64,000 nucleotides of DNA from Mustelus asterias (Eukaryota): the NCBI RefSeq assembly GCF_964213995.1, contig NC_135830.1, positions 7,254,001-7,318,000 of the forward strand, in the 5' to 3' direction. Of this stretch, positions 63,169 to 64,000 are shown one piece after another (the first letter of the stretch is position 1; every line of letters begins with the position of its first letter). The position numbers and the translations under genes are program-made. The notes beneath the pieces were generated by a model. It was not told where the DNA came from, ran no database searches, and saw nothing but the letters and a program-made list of their open reading frames with translations.

Positions 63169-64000
63169 GTAAGAACCATGCATTTATTCGGTAACAGCTT
63201 CATTTATGTTTTTGTTCAATATTTTTATCTGTTTTACCTGTAATGTGGGTTTTGTGGAATCTGAACTGAGAAATTTTAGCAATGTGATTCTGCTGAAAAG
63301 GGGTTATGGAATTCATTCCTTTCTTGTGATTTGGTATTTATCTGCTGAGGATACTGTGTCGCTTATTTAGAAAATAATCTCCGATGGGATGTGGGATAAT
63401 TCCAGAGTTTTATTGTTTTATTGTTCTACCTCCATTTGTTTCAAATCTCGGGCTCCAGATCTTTCCCTGGGTCTCGAGATTACTCGCCCAGTGAAAGTAC
63501 CACTATGTCACCAGTTCCCCAAGCATCGTAAACCGTTTGGCGTTTTTACGAGGTTTAATCTAGTGTCATCTGATGGCTGCAGGTTGTACCATCAACAGTA
63601 TAAGTATTTGTAAACTAACCCAATGTTAACAAAATATACTGAGGTTTCTATATTAATTTACTGTACCTGTCCCGCTTACCCACAATGCTGATATTTATGT
63701 TTTGCTAAACTATCCATTCACTTGGTAGCAGATGGATTTGGTAGATTCGAGATTGAGATTTCCTTGCAATGTTGCATTTGATTTTGCTGGAAATCAATTG
63801 TAGAATTGAACTGCTTCTAAATGAAACGTGTTTGAATCCCTCAGTGATATAATTTGGTGTTTTTTGCGATGAATAGATTGTGAGTTTGAATGAATTCGAA
63901 TATGTAGAATTTTTGAAACGGTTTGGAGTTTCTGCGTTATTTAATCTAGGTGCCACTGAGCGGTTACAGGTTTTCTGTTTCATACAGAAAATATAAGCGT

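Noticed and set aside
63248-63287. GGTTTTGTG-23-CAATGTG, resembling a J-type RSS downstream of the joined J
   Set aside because: The following sequence has no WGxG or FGxG motif and no suitable donor; at most a cryptic RSS.

Overview
Repeat-rich vertebrate genomic DNA, almost certainly from a shark (inferred from HER1/CR1-type LINEs, HE1-type SINEs, a shark-type IgM VH and a NAR-TCR-type V segment). Most of the window is LINE, SINE and Penelope debris. The non-repeat content is two interleaved multigene families. (i) Two-exon orphan class A GPCRs of the shark-expanded GPR139/GPR142-like type: two complete intact genes (13048-19823 and 36262-41885, + strand) and exon 1 of a third, divergently oriented (1714-1783, - strand). 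(ii) Antigen-receptor segments: a leaderless TCR-delta V with an extra CDR1 Cys (NAR-TCR 'supporting V' type) split by a LINE and followed by tandem 23-RSSs (23732-25374); three further decayed TCR-alpha/delta-like V relics with RSS remnants (about 27.5, 31.8 and 50.5-52.5 kb); and an already joined but out-of-frame IgM-type leader-V-D(-D)-J exon with no internal RSSs (62607-63168). Other features are a full-length Buster-type hAT transposon with perfect TIRs and TSD inside a GPCR intron, a young CR1 with a long open ORF2, and Penelope-derived hairpin inserts carrying minimal hammerhead motifs. All family assignments come from motif reading and recall, not database searches.
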